From: Atractiella rhizophila | Taxonomy: Eukaryota | Assembly (NCBI GenBank): GCA_021432655.1 | Contig: MU271217.1 | Location: forward strand, 19,930 to 61,167 | DNA: 41,238 nt | Reading direction: 5' to 3' | In this document: in pieces, positions 1 through 11,815 of the stretch | Layout: each line of letters starts with the position of its first letter | How positions within the stretch are numbered: the stretch's first letter is position 1 | Notes under the pieces: model-generated | The model's input: the letters and a program-made list of their open reading frames with translations, nothing else | Told to the model about the DNA's origin: nothing | The model's database searches: none | Position numbers and translations under genes: made by a program

Positions 1-398
1 GAACGCCTTGATGAAGCTCCCATAGACGAGAGGAGCAGTCTTGCAGAACGTGGCAAAGGAGTAAATTGCCAGTAGAGCGTTGTGGGCGACGATGATGGAG
101 CGAGGAATGTGGAAGGATGGAGTGCATGGACGGGAGCGATTGAAATAGGAGACGGTGAGGAGGTAGACAGTTGCAAAAAGGACGGGAGTCAGCGGATGGA
201 GGGTCCTATAGTCAGGCAAGAAATTAGGTCGTTTCTTGAATTTAGGGAGCAAAGAACATACCACTCTAATAAAGGATGCGGCGCACCGTCCCCGTTCCTG
301 TTAACGAGTCCAAAGATGTCTGGGTACTCGATTGACCAGACCTTGTTGTGCCAGAGGTATCTAGCGATTCGGGAGTCGCTGGAGAATACGGTGTCCAT
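1..398 (-). CDS. 5' part of ELO/GNS1/SUR4-family fatty acid elongase, copy A (continues beyond window start)
   Basis: ATG at 398 (MDTVFSSDSR...HPLLEW), then a GTATGT...TAG intron, then TLHPLTPV...HNALLAIYSF, matching copy B. Confidence 0.85.
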
Positions 399-1656
399 CT
401 TGTTCAGACTCGAAAGAGGGAGAGTTGAGATGGGATGGGTGGAAAGAGGTGCTCGTGGCAAGCGAGAATGCCTTCGGAAGCAGCCTTTTGAAGAGCCATC
501 CTCCCCAACGAAGAGCTCTCCCCAAACAAATTTTTGACACGCCAACGGAGACGCGTGACAAAATAATCGTGATTACCGGTAAGTAACCGCCAGTAACCGA
601 CCGGGATTTGAAAAGACTAACTCTTCCGCCCGACGGAACTGGTGCAAACAACAAAAATTGCTCCACAATCAGTAATTAATCAGTGTTCCTGTGATTATGC
701 GACGGGGAAGGGTTGAAGAGATTGCCGTGGAAGACGCAACGGACGATTGGAACGTGCGTGATTTACGATTTGTTGGTGGATTGGCCTGAACAGTCAAAAA
801 TCAACAAATGGACTTGTGAGCTCCTGTGCTTTCAAGCTCACCGTGCGAATGAGAGTACACTGGCGTTGTTATCATGCTTGGGCTCGACTGTTCTACACAC
901 AACGGTCCTCTTGAGGCCGCAAAGATATTGCTTGCGCATGAACCTCAGCCAGCCTCGTCCCTGCTCCATAATTTGAACTCAAAAACACGAAGATATACCA
1001 CCGTCAGATCTTCAACCTCCTCGCTCCCTGCACATCACATCCCTGAGACCAACGACGTGGTCTTGAATATTAAAAGTTGAGGAGCAGCCGTCTTCACTTT
1101 CTATGGACGTCCGACTCTGACGAAGGCCTTCGTGGTGCTGTCAGCTGATCTTTTTGTGTGCCTTGTCAGGTAATTTAGACAGAGCAGACTGTTAATTGTT
1201 GCAATCCATTCTCAATTGGTTGGCCCTGCAGCGAGCAGTGTTCGAGCGTACTGCGATCTGAATTTGAAGCAGCACCTGAGTTCTGAGGGCAGCGGCGCAA
1301 AGGCACGCTTTCATCCACTGTTCTTTGCGCAACCTACTTCGAAGAATGTAAAGCGGAATGTGCCCCAATTTCGGGTATGCAAACACGTCGCGACGCCAGA
1401 CTAACGTCACCACTTTTCTGCACAGCCGAAGGTTTGCCCATAACCTTTATAAAAAGCACTCATTCACTTGTTATTCCTCGCTCTTGCCTTTCTTTCCAAT
1501 CCAATCTGCTAAAGGTCTGAAGGACTTTGATCGACTGATTCGACGCTCAGCAACAGGACGCTTGGATTTCTTCAGGGCTGAGTTCTTCGCTGAACTCTCC
1601 CTTTTTCCTTCCTTCAACTTCTCTACGATCTACGATCTTGCCTACGATCCATCACG

Positions 1657-1946
1657 ATGCCTCTCCCTCCACGCTCTATCATCCAGACAGCTCATTTCTC
1701 ACCCTCGGCGCTCTCCGCCAAAACCACCTTCTGCCCTTCCTGCCAAATCCTGTCTCTTCCTCCAACAAAGGTGTCCGGTCCTTGTCCTTCGCACAATGCA
1801 GTTGTCCTCCACGTCGCCTCGTATTGTCAGCCATTCGGACACGACGTCTGTGCTGGCGTTGGGATCGATTATGGACACATTGAGAGTGGAAGGAACTGCG
1901 CTTACGTCGTGCCGACGGAAGTGGTCACTGGAGGAACTAGGAATGG
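1657..1946 (+). CDS. 5' part of RNase H-fold protein, copy A (cut by gap)
   Basis: Open frame MPLPPRS...FCPSC...VVLHVASYC...AGVGIDYG...RNCAYVVP running into the Ns; paralogous to 4672-5638. Confidence 0.7.
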
Positions 1947-2130
1947 NNNNNNNNNNNNNNNNNNNNNNNNNNNNNNNNNNNNNNNNNNNNNNNNNNNNNN
2001 NNNNNNNNNNNNNNNNNNNNNNNNNNNNNNNNNNNNNNNNNNNNNNNNNNNNNNNNNNNNNNNNNNNNNNNNNNNNNNNNNNNNNNNNNNNNNNNNNNNN
2101 NNNNNNNNNNNNNNNNNNNNNNNNNNNNNN
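1947..2130. other. Assembly gap (184 N)
   Basis: Run of n. Confidence 1.
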
Positions 2131-2254
2131 TTGGCGCATCATAACCGTCGTCCCACATCTGCAACTTTTCGTTCATACCCTATTAAAACAACCCGAAAGC
2201 ACACGAAGAACCCCAAGCACGACCGAACCAACCGAACCACCATCTTCCATCCAT

Positions 2255-3409
2255 CTAATCCACCTTGACGCTCTTCGGCGCATGTCGCCTCCCCCTCTTC
2301 GTGTACGACTTAATGAAGAAATTCGAGAAGAGGACGGTGAGAGGAGTGAGGTAAGCGAGGTTGAGGACGGTCGCTAGCTTCTGTCCGTCGCTTGCGAGAC
2401 ATTGGCGACGCCTGATACTTGGTCTGACACTTCGCCGAGGGGGATGCGGATGAAGAGGTAGGAGGCGGCTGTTCCCGAAGCCGACAAGGAATTGGCTACA
2501 TGATTGAAAAGCAGGTCAGCCAGTGAGAAAACGGTAGGAGTAAAAGCACGCACGTGATTTGCATCGTCGTTAAACTGCGTTTGAGAACTAATGGCACGTT
2601 GACTTTCATCGTCGAAAGTGCGTAATAGGTGTACATGACTATGCCATTTTATAAGGAGGCGAAAGTGGGAGAGAGAGAAAACATACTGGTGTGGATGAAG
2701 CTGTTGAACACGCAGAAAATCCAACTGGAAACGCTGCAAACCTGAGAGCCGCCCACATTGTGATGATGGCTCCGGCGTGATGATATTCTTGCAACACATG
2801 TGCTTTCTTTCCCTTGACGAGAATGATGATGGTATCTACCAGACAATCAATCAATGAGGGGCAGGAAGGAAAAGGAAAAGAACATACCGATGACCTCATA
2901 GTATTTCGAGAGGTAAAATACGTAACTCCAATTATTCAATCCCTCCGCCCAAATCCTCCCATCCATATCGCAGTACGTCCTTACGAACCCCTGGGATCCG
3001 TGATACCAGAACGCCTTGATGAAGCTCCCATAGACGAGAGGAGCAGTCTTGCAGAACGTGGCAAAGGAGTAAATTGCCAGTAGAGCGTTGTGGGCGACGA
3101 TGAGGGAGCGAGGAATGTGGAAGGATGGAGTGCATGGACGGGAGCGATTGAAATAGGAGACGGTGAGGAGGTAGACAGTTGCAAAAAGGACCGGAGTGAG
3201 CGGATGGAGAGTCCTGGATTCAGGCAAGACATAAGGTCGCTTCTTTAACATAAACAGTAATGAAGGACATACCACTCCAATAACGGATGCGGCGCACCGT
3301 CCCCGTTCCTGTTAACGAGTCCGAAGATGTCTGGGTACTCGATTGACCAGACTTTGTTGTGCCAGAGGTATCTAGCGATTCGGGAGTCGCTGGAGAATAC
3401 GGCGTCCAT
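2255..3409 (-). CDS. ELO/GNS1/SUR4-family fatty acid elongase, 5 exons, with apparent single-base frameshifts (pseudogene or sequencing error)
   Basis: Spliced motifs FYLSKYYEVI|DTIIILVKGK...LQEYHHAGA, WIFCVFNSFIHT|MYTYYALS...LTTMQIT|QFLVG...AASYLF, LNLAYLTPLTVLFSNFFIKSY...KVD*. ATG at 3409, stop at 2255-2257. Frame breaks near 2724 and 2474. Confidence 0.9.
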
Positions 3410-4960
3410 CTTGTTCAGACTCGAAAGAGGGAGAGTTGAGATGGGATGGGTGGAAAGAGATGCTCGTGGCAAGCGAGAGTGCCTTCGGAAGCAGCCTTTT
3501 GAAGGGAGCCATCCTCCCCAACGAAGAGCTCTCCCCAAACAAATTTTTGACACGCCACGGAGACGCGTGACAAAATAATCGTGATTACCGGCAAGTAACC
3601 GCCAGTAACCGACCGGGATTTGAAAAGAGTAATTATTCCGCCCGACGGAACCGCTGCAAACAACAAAAATTGCTCCACAATCAGTAATTAATCAGTGTTC
3701 CTGTGATTACCTGCAACGGGTTGAAGAGATTGCCGGGGAAGGCGCAACGGAGACGTTTGGAACGTGCGTGATTTACGATTTGTTGGTGGATTGGCCTGAA
3801 CACTCAAAAACAACAAATCGTCTTTGTAAGCTCCTGTGGTTTTAAGCTCACCGTGGAATGAGTGCATACTGGCGCTGTTATCATGCTTCGGTTCGACTGT
3901 TCTATACACAACGATCCTCTTGAGACCGCAAAGATATTGCTTGCGCTTGAACCTCAGCCAGAGCGTCGTCCCTGCTCGTAAACTGAACTCAAAAACAGGA
4001 AGATATACCAACACTCAGATCTTCAGGCTCCTCTCTACGCACATCACATCGTTGAGACCAACGGCGTGGTCTTGAATACCAGAAGTTGAGGACCATCCGT
4101 CTTTACTTTCTATGGAATGTGACTCTGACGAAGGCCTTCATGGTTCTGTCAGCTGATTCTTTTTGGGTGTCTTCTCCATGTAATTTAGACAGAGCAGCAG
4201 ACTGTTAATTGTTGCAATCCATTCTCAATTGGTTCGCCCTGCAGCGAGCAGTGTTTTAGCTTACTGCGATCGGAATTTGAAGCAGCACCTGAGTTCTGAG
4301 GGGCAGCGGCGCAAAGACACGCTTTCATCCATTGTTCTTTGCGCGACCTACTGCAAAGAATGGAAAGCTGAAGGTGCCCCAATTTCGGGTGTGCAAACAC
4401 GTCGCGACGCCAGACTCACGTCACCACTTTTGTGCACAGCCGAAGGTTTGCCCATAAACTTTATAAAAACCACTCATTCACTTGTTATTCCTCGCTCTTG
4501 CCTTTCTTTCCAAACCAATCTGAAAAAGGTCTGAAGGACTTTTGATCGACTGATTCGACGCTCAGCAACAGGACGCTTGGATTTCTTCAGGGCTGAGTTC
4601 TTCGCTGAACTCTCCCTTTTTCCTTCCTTCAACTTCTCTACGATCTACGATCTTACCTACGATCCATCACGATGCCTCTCCCTCCACGCTCTATCATCCA
4701 GACAGCTCATTTCTCGCCCTCGGCACTCTCCGCCAAACCACCTTCTGCCCTTCCTGCCAAATCCTATCTCTTCCTCCAACGAAGGTGTCCGGTCCCTGTC
4801 CTTCGCACAATGCAGTTGTCCTCCACGTTGCCTCGTATTGTCAGCCATTCGGACACGACGTCTGCGCTGGCGTTGGGATCGATTATGGACACATTGAGAG
4901 TGGAAGGAACTGCGCTTACGTCGTGCCGACGGAAGTGGTCACTGGAGGAACTAGGAATGG
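3009..4960. repeat. Copy B of the duplicated block
   Basis: Colinear with 1-1946. Confidence 0.97.
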
Positions 4961-5638
4961 GAGACAGACGGAGAGGAGCGTGGAGGTTTGGGGAGTGTTG
5001 AAGGCGGTGGAGAAGGGGAGGGAGTTGGCGGTTAATTCGTTGAGGTTCGTCCTCCCTCTCTCTTCTTTTTTGGTTATCTGTAGGCAAGCGCTGATATCAT
5101 GTCATGGAACAGGGAAATGGACCGCGCAAAGGTGCCAGGACGTATTCGCAGCTTTGCGGGTCAGATCGGATCCTCATGGGAAGAAGAGGGATACAAACAC
5201 TCCTTTTCCTACTCAGTACCTACGAACGTGAAGGAGATTGTGATCCTCACCTCCTCCCTCTACTTCCTCGACGGCATCATGCTCTCCCCCGACTCCAAGC
5301 CGTGGAGCGGGACCAGGCCGTCCTACCTTTCCAGCAGCGCGACAAAGAATGATGGGAAGCAAAGGAAGCTGAGAGGTCGCAAATACACCTTCTCTGGGAC
5401 CTTGCCCGCACCTCAGGCTAGGATCATAACGTCCCACAAGCCGTCTTCGTCGTGGTTCAGGAAACGAACGTACCCGGCGGCGGTGGATTGGGATCTCTTT
5501 AAAGCGGTGGAGAGGACGATCGCGGAGTGTAATAAGAAGGGAGTCCTCGTGTCATTTGTGAGAGTCAAGAAAGAGGGGAGGAAGAGTCCTGCGTGGACTG
5601 GAGCGAGGATGGCGGCGGCGAGGGGAGGAAGAGATTAA
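4672..5638 (+). CDS. RNase HI-like (Dikarya-type) fold protein, probably catalytically degenerate; frameshifted in this copy
   Basis: The motif series VVLHVASYC / AGVGIDYG / RN / QTERSVEVWGVLKAVE / IVILTSSLYFLDGI / DWDLFKAVE / VSFVRVK parallels RNase H1 (VYTDGxC / AGxGVxFG / RN / QTNQRAEL / IxTDSxY / NxDL / VxFxHV). Intron at ~5046-5082. 1-nt deletion near 4736 relative to copy A. Confidence 0.7.
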
Positions 5639-7397
5639 TTGAAGGAGCGGAATGTTGGACGTTGGACGCAGGAAGGTTGGTAGAGGTGAAGACGGGAGAA
5701 GAGGGGATGGTGAAGACATTGGATTTCAAGTCGGTCGGTAGTTAGTCGTATGTTGGTCATACTCTCGATTTAAAAGTGCGTTATTCTCTAGTTTCCTCTC
5801 TTGACTCATTGTCGTCGGAGCAGCCGAACCCAATACTGCTCGAAAAAAATCGGAAAACACTTTCCACTTTCTTGCGAAACAGCAGATGTGGAAGGCTTAC
5901 AACGTCTCGATCTCACGTTGTTGTATTCTTTCTTCTCCCTCTCCTCTTCCTTGAACCAAATAAACGATCGGTAAGTCTGCTACGATACGATGTCTCGGAT
6001 TTTCGAAAATCTAAAGATCTAAAAAACCGGATAATCTTGTAGGTGCTTTGACAACCCAGTCCTACCTTGAACCTGACACGATTTCTGTGTAAAAGGACAA
6101 CAAAGATATCGTGCCTTTCTCTGCCTCACCCTTACTTCCTCCATGGAATGGTTGGATGATTAAATCGAGTGTCGTTCGTTCATTTACTCCCGTTGGATCC
6201 TGCAATGGAGAGTTGTTGTAGCATGAATGTGTCCTCACGTAAACTTATCAATTAATGAGAGCGTGACATGTGCCATAGTAAGGGTTTCAGATTTTATTAC
6301 ACTTCCTTTCCATCCATCTGTTCGCTCGTCCAGATACGGATGCTGCCGGGATGCAGTCCTCTATGTCGGCCAATGCTTCGTTAAAGTCAAACCTCTCCTC
6401 CATATTGAACGCTAAGCAGGGATTAACTGGGGTAAACAATTAACTAAATGCAGAATATATTGTTCTCTCTCTCGTCCAATATGTTTCATATTTCCACTTC
6501 CCCAAGGTTCACACCGTCATCTTTGTCTCCTTAATGCGTCGAGATGGCACACCAGAAACGGATTGAGCAACGAGTGGTGCATGTGGGATAACACAGATTT
6601 TGAAGAGCGAACTACTCGTATGAAAATATGTATATCTTTCCTCTGCCAAGCCAAGTACGCAATGCCACTTCATTTTATAGACAGTCATACAATGTAATAC
6701 GTTTTTGGCATCATTGATGAAGGTAGCGCATAAAATAATGGGATAATGGAAGCCTTGCAAAAAATTCAAAATTAAGGAACGAAGGAAGGCCTAAGCTTCA
6801 ACCTCGCTATGCTGTATTCTCTCTCTCGTCCCCTTACGTGCGAGACGATACACCTCATTCACTTGCACATACGTTTCCTACTATTTCTGCTGGCAAGACA
6901 CAGAAATGGTGCAGTAGCGGATGGCATCAAAACAAGGTTGCCCGTATTCACATCAATTTTATTTCGATCACATACACAACACCGTTCCCAGCTCCACAGC
7001 ATACAGATTTTCCCGCTTACAATTCTAAACAATTCCCAATCATTTAAAGCAATAAAAATGGTTGCCCAAATCCTTCCTTAGTATTTCTGCTCCACTTCTT
7101 GCTTCCCTATCTCTTTGTCCATTCCCTCCATCTCTTCGAGTACACAGCATTCGTTCGCAACAGGTGGAAGAGATGGAAGTGAATACTCGGATCTAACAAA
7201 TCATTGGATCATGACCATATACATGTCGCTGGCGAGCACAGAATAAACACATATACAAAGTGCAAAACAAGTTCCTGTCACTGTTCCGGAGCCGAAAACT
7301 TTGTTTCTTGCTGCACAAAAAATCAAGACCGCCATCTTGAGCGCACGTCAATTTCCAAGCACAGAATCTCTTTAAAACTCCATCAATTATCCCTATC

Positions 7398-9380
7398 ATG
7401 GCCTCTATAGAACACCGCAAGAACACTTATAAGAACAAAGGCGTTTTCAAGCAAGATGAACTGAGGAGGAGGCGCGAAGAGCAGCAGGTGGAAATCAGAC
7501 GTCAGAAACGTGAAGAATCTGTGGCCAAGAGGAGAAATTTGGCAGATGTGGGTGATGATATGGGAGATAGCGACGATGAGGCTGTTGCCACAGTGTGAGC
7601 ACCTTTCGATTCGCGATTGGGCGAGATGGGTTTACGGAATGATCGGAGCAGCTTGGACGCCCATCTTCAGGAACAACTTCCTCAAATGGTCCATTCTATT
7701 TTCTCCGACTCTGTCGAAGCTCAATTGGATGCGGCTACCAAATTTCGAAAGATCCTGTCGAAGGAGAGGAACCCACCGATCGATAAAGTCATCGAAATCG
7801 GCGTGATCGAACGGATGGGTGAGTGCGCATTTTGCCCGTTGTGAACAATGAAATTGAGACGTCGGTCTAGTTGAGCTGCTCCGTAGCCCACACTCTATGA
7901 TCCAGGTCCGTACTTCGTGTAGATGTGCCTCTAGATTTTTATGTACCTGTGCTTCTAGTTCGAATGCGCCTGGGGGGTTACCAACGTTGCTTCCGTGCGT
8001 TCATCACATCCTTTACTCTTTGCCTGCACTAATGTTAAATTTTAGGGAACATCCGAGCACACCCAAGTAGTCATTGCAGCTGGTGCTGTTCCAGTCTTCA
8101 TCGAACTTCTTTCTTCACCGGTGCTCGACGTACGTGAGCAAGCAGTTTGGGCACTTGGGAACATTGCAGGAGATAGCCCTAAATGTCGAGACTATGTCCT
8201 TCAAGCTGGCGCTCTGCGTCCCTTATTGGCTCTTCTCAACGAGGGCCACAAATTGACCATGCTGAGGAATGCTACTTGGACCTTGAGCAATTTTTGTCGA
8301 GGAAGGAACCCGCAACCAGATTGGGAATTGGTGCGTTTTCTTCCGTGTTCAGACGTTTGGATGAGTACTCAGAGTATTGCGTTAGATCTCACCCGCGCTT
8401 CAGACCCTGACCAAATTGATTTATTCGTTCGATGACGAAGTCTTGATCGATGCTTGTTGGGCAATCTCCTATCTTTCGGACGGGTCCAACGACAAGATTC
8501 AGGCTGTCATTGATAGCGGAGTCACCAGACGGCTAGTTGAACTGTTGATGTATGGTTTTCGCCTAGGTCGCCAACCATCACGCTGACTCTGATGGAACAG
8601 GCATAACTCGACGAGCGTCCAGACTCCCGCTTTGAGGTCGATCGGAAATGTTGTCACCGGTGACGATCTCCAGACGCAAGTTGTCATTACCTCCGGCGCC
8701 CTTCCTGCTCTTCTCCACCTGCTTTCTTCTCCCAAAGATGCGATACGGAAGGAAGCGTGTTGGACGATCAGCAATGTCACTGCCGGTTCACCAGTCCAGA
8801 TTCAAGCCGTCATTGACGCTAACCTCATTCCCCCACTTCTAAACATACTCCAAAATGCGGACTTCAAGACCCGCAAGGAGGCTTGCTGGGCTATCTCCAA
8901 CGCCACTTCTGGAGGCCTGCAAGAACCAAACCAGATCCGCTACCTCGTTTCTCAAGGTTGTATCAAGCCTCTCTGTGATCTCTTGAAGAGCATGGACAAT
9001 AAAGTCATCCAGGTTGCGTTGGACGGACTTGAGAATATCCTTAAAGTCGGAGAGCTTGATAAAGAGCAGAACGGCGGAGTCAATCAATACTCCATCTTTG
9101 TTGAGGAGGCTGGCGGAATGGTCACCATCCACAATCTCCAGCATCATGAGAACGTGGAGATCTACAAGAAATGCTTTTTCATTATGGATAAATACTTCGT
9201 ACGCATTCTTTTCTGTGAGCTGAAACCGTTGTTGACGGATACGAACCCCAGCCTGATGATGACGATCAACAAACCGGAATCGATGCTGGACAAGCCGATC
9301 CCTCTGGTGCCTTTGCCTTCCAATCCGACGTCGCTGCTCCTAGTGGCGGTTTCAGTTTCGGAGGAAACCAAATGGAATGA
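7398..9380 (+). CDS. SRP1: Importin subunit alpha (karyopherin alpha), ~8 exons
   Basis: IBB domain (YKNKG...[25 protein letters not shown]). ARM repeats ([46 protein letters not shown]). Last exon ...[11 protein letters not shown] ends at 9380. Confidence 0.97.
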
Positions 9381-10553
9381 GCAAATCCCACTTCCCTTAC
9401 GATTCCGAAATGAAATCACGACTGTCGCACCTCGTCGTCCCCCCGCTACCGACTACATATCTATTCCACAATCCCGTCTGGTCTCGGCCCACCTTTTGCC
9501 TCTACTTTCTTGTACCACTTTGTCTCTTTCAACTGTCGTTTTGGAGCCCTAGATCAAACAATTTGGGCATGATTTGACCATTTAAAAGAACCCGAAGGAA
9601 TTAAATCCTTGAATCGGGACATGAATTTTTCTGTACCAAGGTATATCCCCTGACATGTTTCCTCCCTTACATTTTGCAATGATTGATTGAGGTTTCCTTC
9701 TTCAAATCGCAATTAGCATCAGTCTCCTTTTAACTTTCGAGCTATCAGTTTACGAGAATCCTGTTATCACACATGCCTGAAGGGCACACAACATTTGTAG
9801 CCGAATCAATCAAATGAAGTTACCTCCTCTTTCCAGTATCTTTCTCAAGATTATGTCCATCCAAGCTTCTATGATACACAGGTCAAATCCATAGGAACAA
9901 AGTCTGCATTTGAGCTTCATGCTTTTCACCCTTCACCTTTCCAATTGTGGACGAATGCTTCGAGTTCTTGACCCAACTTCTGCCATCCACAAATCATAGA
10001 GTTCTGTTATCTATCATTTCCGAGGGTCCGGTGCAAGGCGATCCCAGCCTGAATACGAGAGTGAAATGTAATTGTGATGTTGGGCTGAACCTCCATAGCA
10101 CTGAAGTACTTCTCAGAGGTAAGCATGGCATGGACAAAGTGTTAAGAACAAGAAAGGTGAACCAAGATGACAATCGCCATCCAACATCGTCTGTGCTGCG
10201 CAAATACTCACCACTTTTGCTGCTGCTCACTTCTCTGCCTCACCAAATCCGGCTAAATTCAAGATTGCTACGGACCAGTTGAAACAACTAAGATCATACC
10301 GTAAAGAACTTGTTCTCAAGTGGAAAAAAATTGGGTAAGTAGACAAATGTCATGGTTTGGCTTCTGGAAGTGTACCTAACCCTTAGTTATCACAATCGTG
10401 GTCTCATCTACACTAGTTATCATCTTTATATCTCGAATATTATACTTCGAGCCACTACTTTATCGAATTCTCCAATGGCCTGCAATTATCGTCAACCTCT
10501 TCTCACTGCTTCACCTTAGCTGACAACGCTTCGGATCATAGAATCTCTAGGAT

Positions 10554-10988
10554 ATGACACAGCTCGCTGTTCGTGAACTCACACTCGTTATTCACGTCAT
10601 GGGGAATTACCCAAACAGGAGTTGTTTCCCTATTATTACTTGGACGAGTTCCTTTGTCTCTACAACAAGTTTAAGGAATATCGTCATCCATCTAACGACA
10701 ACGTTCCATTACCCAGTCGCCTCACATAACGTATTTTTGACAGAACTCGAAGCTCTTGGCATCCAACTTCATAATCTCATCTTCTTTAATTTCGAATACA
10801 TTGGGAGTTTCGCATGGTTTAGGATACTCCGTGATTTGCATTGTCTTCATCTTTACCTCTGGGAAGGAGGACAGGCATTGCCGTCCTGGAACCTCTCCCT
10901 CAAGATGTTAATGACGTTTGGGAATTTCAAAGCTATCTGCTCACTTTGGAGAGCGAATCAGGAGTTGTCCCGATTCCACAGCAAATGA
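10554..10988 (+). other. Leucine-rich ORF fragment, possibly a remnant of an F-box/LRR-like gene
   Basis: LxxLxL-like periodicity (LRNIVIHL, LRDLHCLHLYL). No clear start or family motif. Confidence 0.25.
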
Positions 10989-11815
10989 GTCGAGGCTCCT
11001 GGTGTATACAACTTACAACGCAGGCTAGCAAGCCTTGCATATCTAGATTACCGCCAGAACTGCTGCATTCCGTCTTATCGATCTGTTTCGAAGGTGAGAA
11101 GGGGACCTCCCAGAATCGAAGCTTTGCGATGCCTCATCTTCGGAAAGGATGGTGGAAGGGCATAGATGTGAGGTACCGATTGGTTTGCCGCGAATGGAGG
11201 GACTACGCGAAAACTTTTGAGACGGAACCTCTCACGGGGACTGAGAAGCAAAGGTCGTTACAGCAGAACGGCAATTTTTACCGTTCGCATTGGACCGAAT
11301 TACGGTATAGGATAACCGATGCTCGAGATCAGATTGATCTACCAAGCCTCTTCAGCCACCTTAAAAATGTCCAACAGATCAGATTTGTAGACCTCATATA
11401 TCCCGCATGAGATCACAACAGGTCTATCTTGTTGTCGTTAGCCTATTTGCGTACGCTTGAAACTATCAAATTGCGAGGTTGGGATGAACAACGAGTCCTG
11501 CAGTTTTTATCGTGCTCGAAGTCCGTTCATACCTTGAAACAACTCTTATTGATTGACATCGATTCTCCCATCTCCCCCAAGACCATCAATCCTACTAAAC
11601 CGGAAGCGGAGCTGAATCTTGCTCTGTTGGAACTAAAGGGTGGAAGTCAACACTTCATGTGCTTAGTCCTAGGCCCGCTCATTCGTAGAGCCAATATATT
11701 AAGCTTAACTCCCCAACACCATGGAAGTAGGTCACTGTATGGTACACACATCAACCGCATCTTAGAAACTGACGGTGGAAACGAGAGAAATAAACCTTCC
11801 CTGATGCCAAGTTAA
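10985..11815 (+). pseudogene. F-box/LRR-like protein with in-frame premature TGA
   Basis: ISRLPPELLHSVLSIC...YRLVCREWRDYA is F-box-like. TGA at 11408-11410, then the same frame continues with LRTLETIKL, LKQLLLIDI to 11815. Confidence 0.6.

Larger units (their letters stand above)
1..1946. repeat. Copy A of a ~1.95-kb duplicated block (copy B = 3009-4960)
   Basis: Sequence from base 1 (gaacgccttgatgaagctccc) recurs at 3009 and stays colinear to ...ggaactaggaatgg (1946/4960). Coding parts are nearly identical; intron and intergenic parts are more diverged. Confidence 0.97.

Noticed and set aside
575..606. Oleate response element upstream of the elongase (CGG/CCG triplets)
   Set aside because: Spacing does not fit CGG-N3-TNA-N9-12-CCG; these are generic Zn2Cys6-like triplets only.
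1358..2377. Long ORFs spanning 1358-2377
   Set aside because: Their length is an artefact of reading through 184 Ns.
11408..11410. Selenocysteine or programmed readthrough at the in-frame TGA
   Set aside because: No supporting signal seen, Dikarya are not known to use Sec, and the surrounding region is generally decayed.
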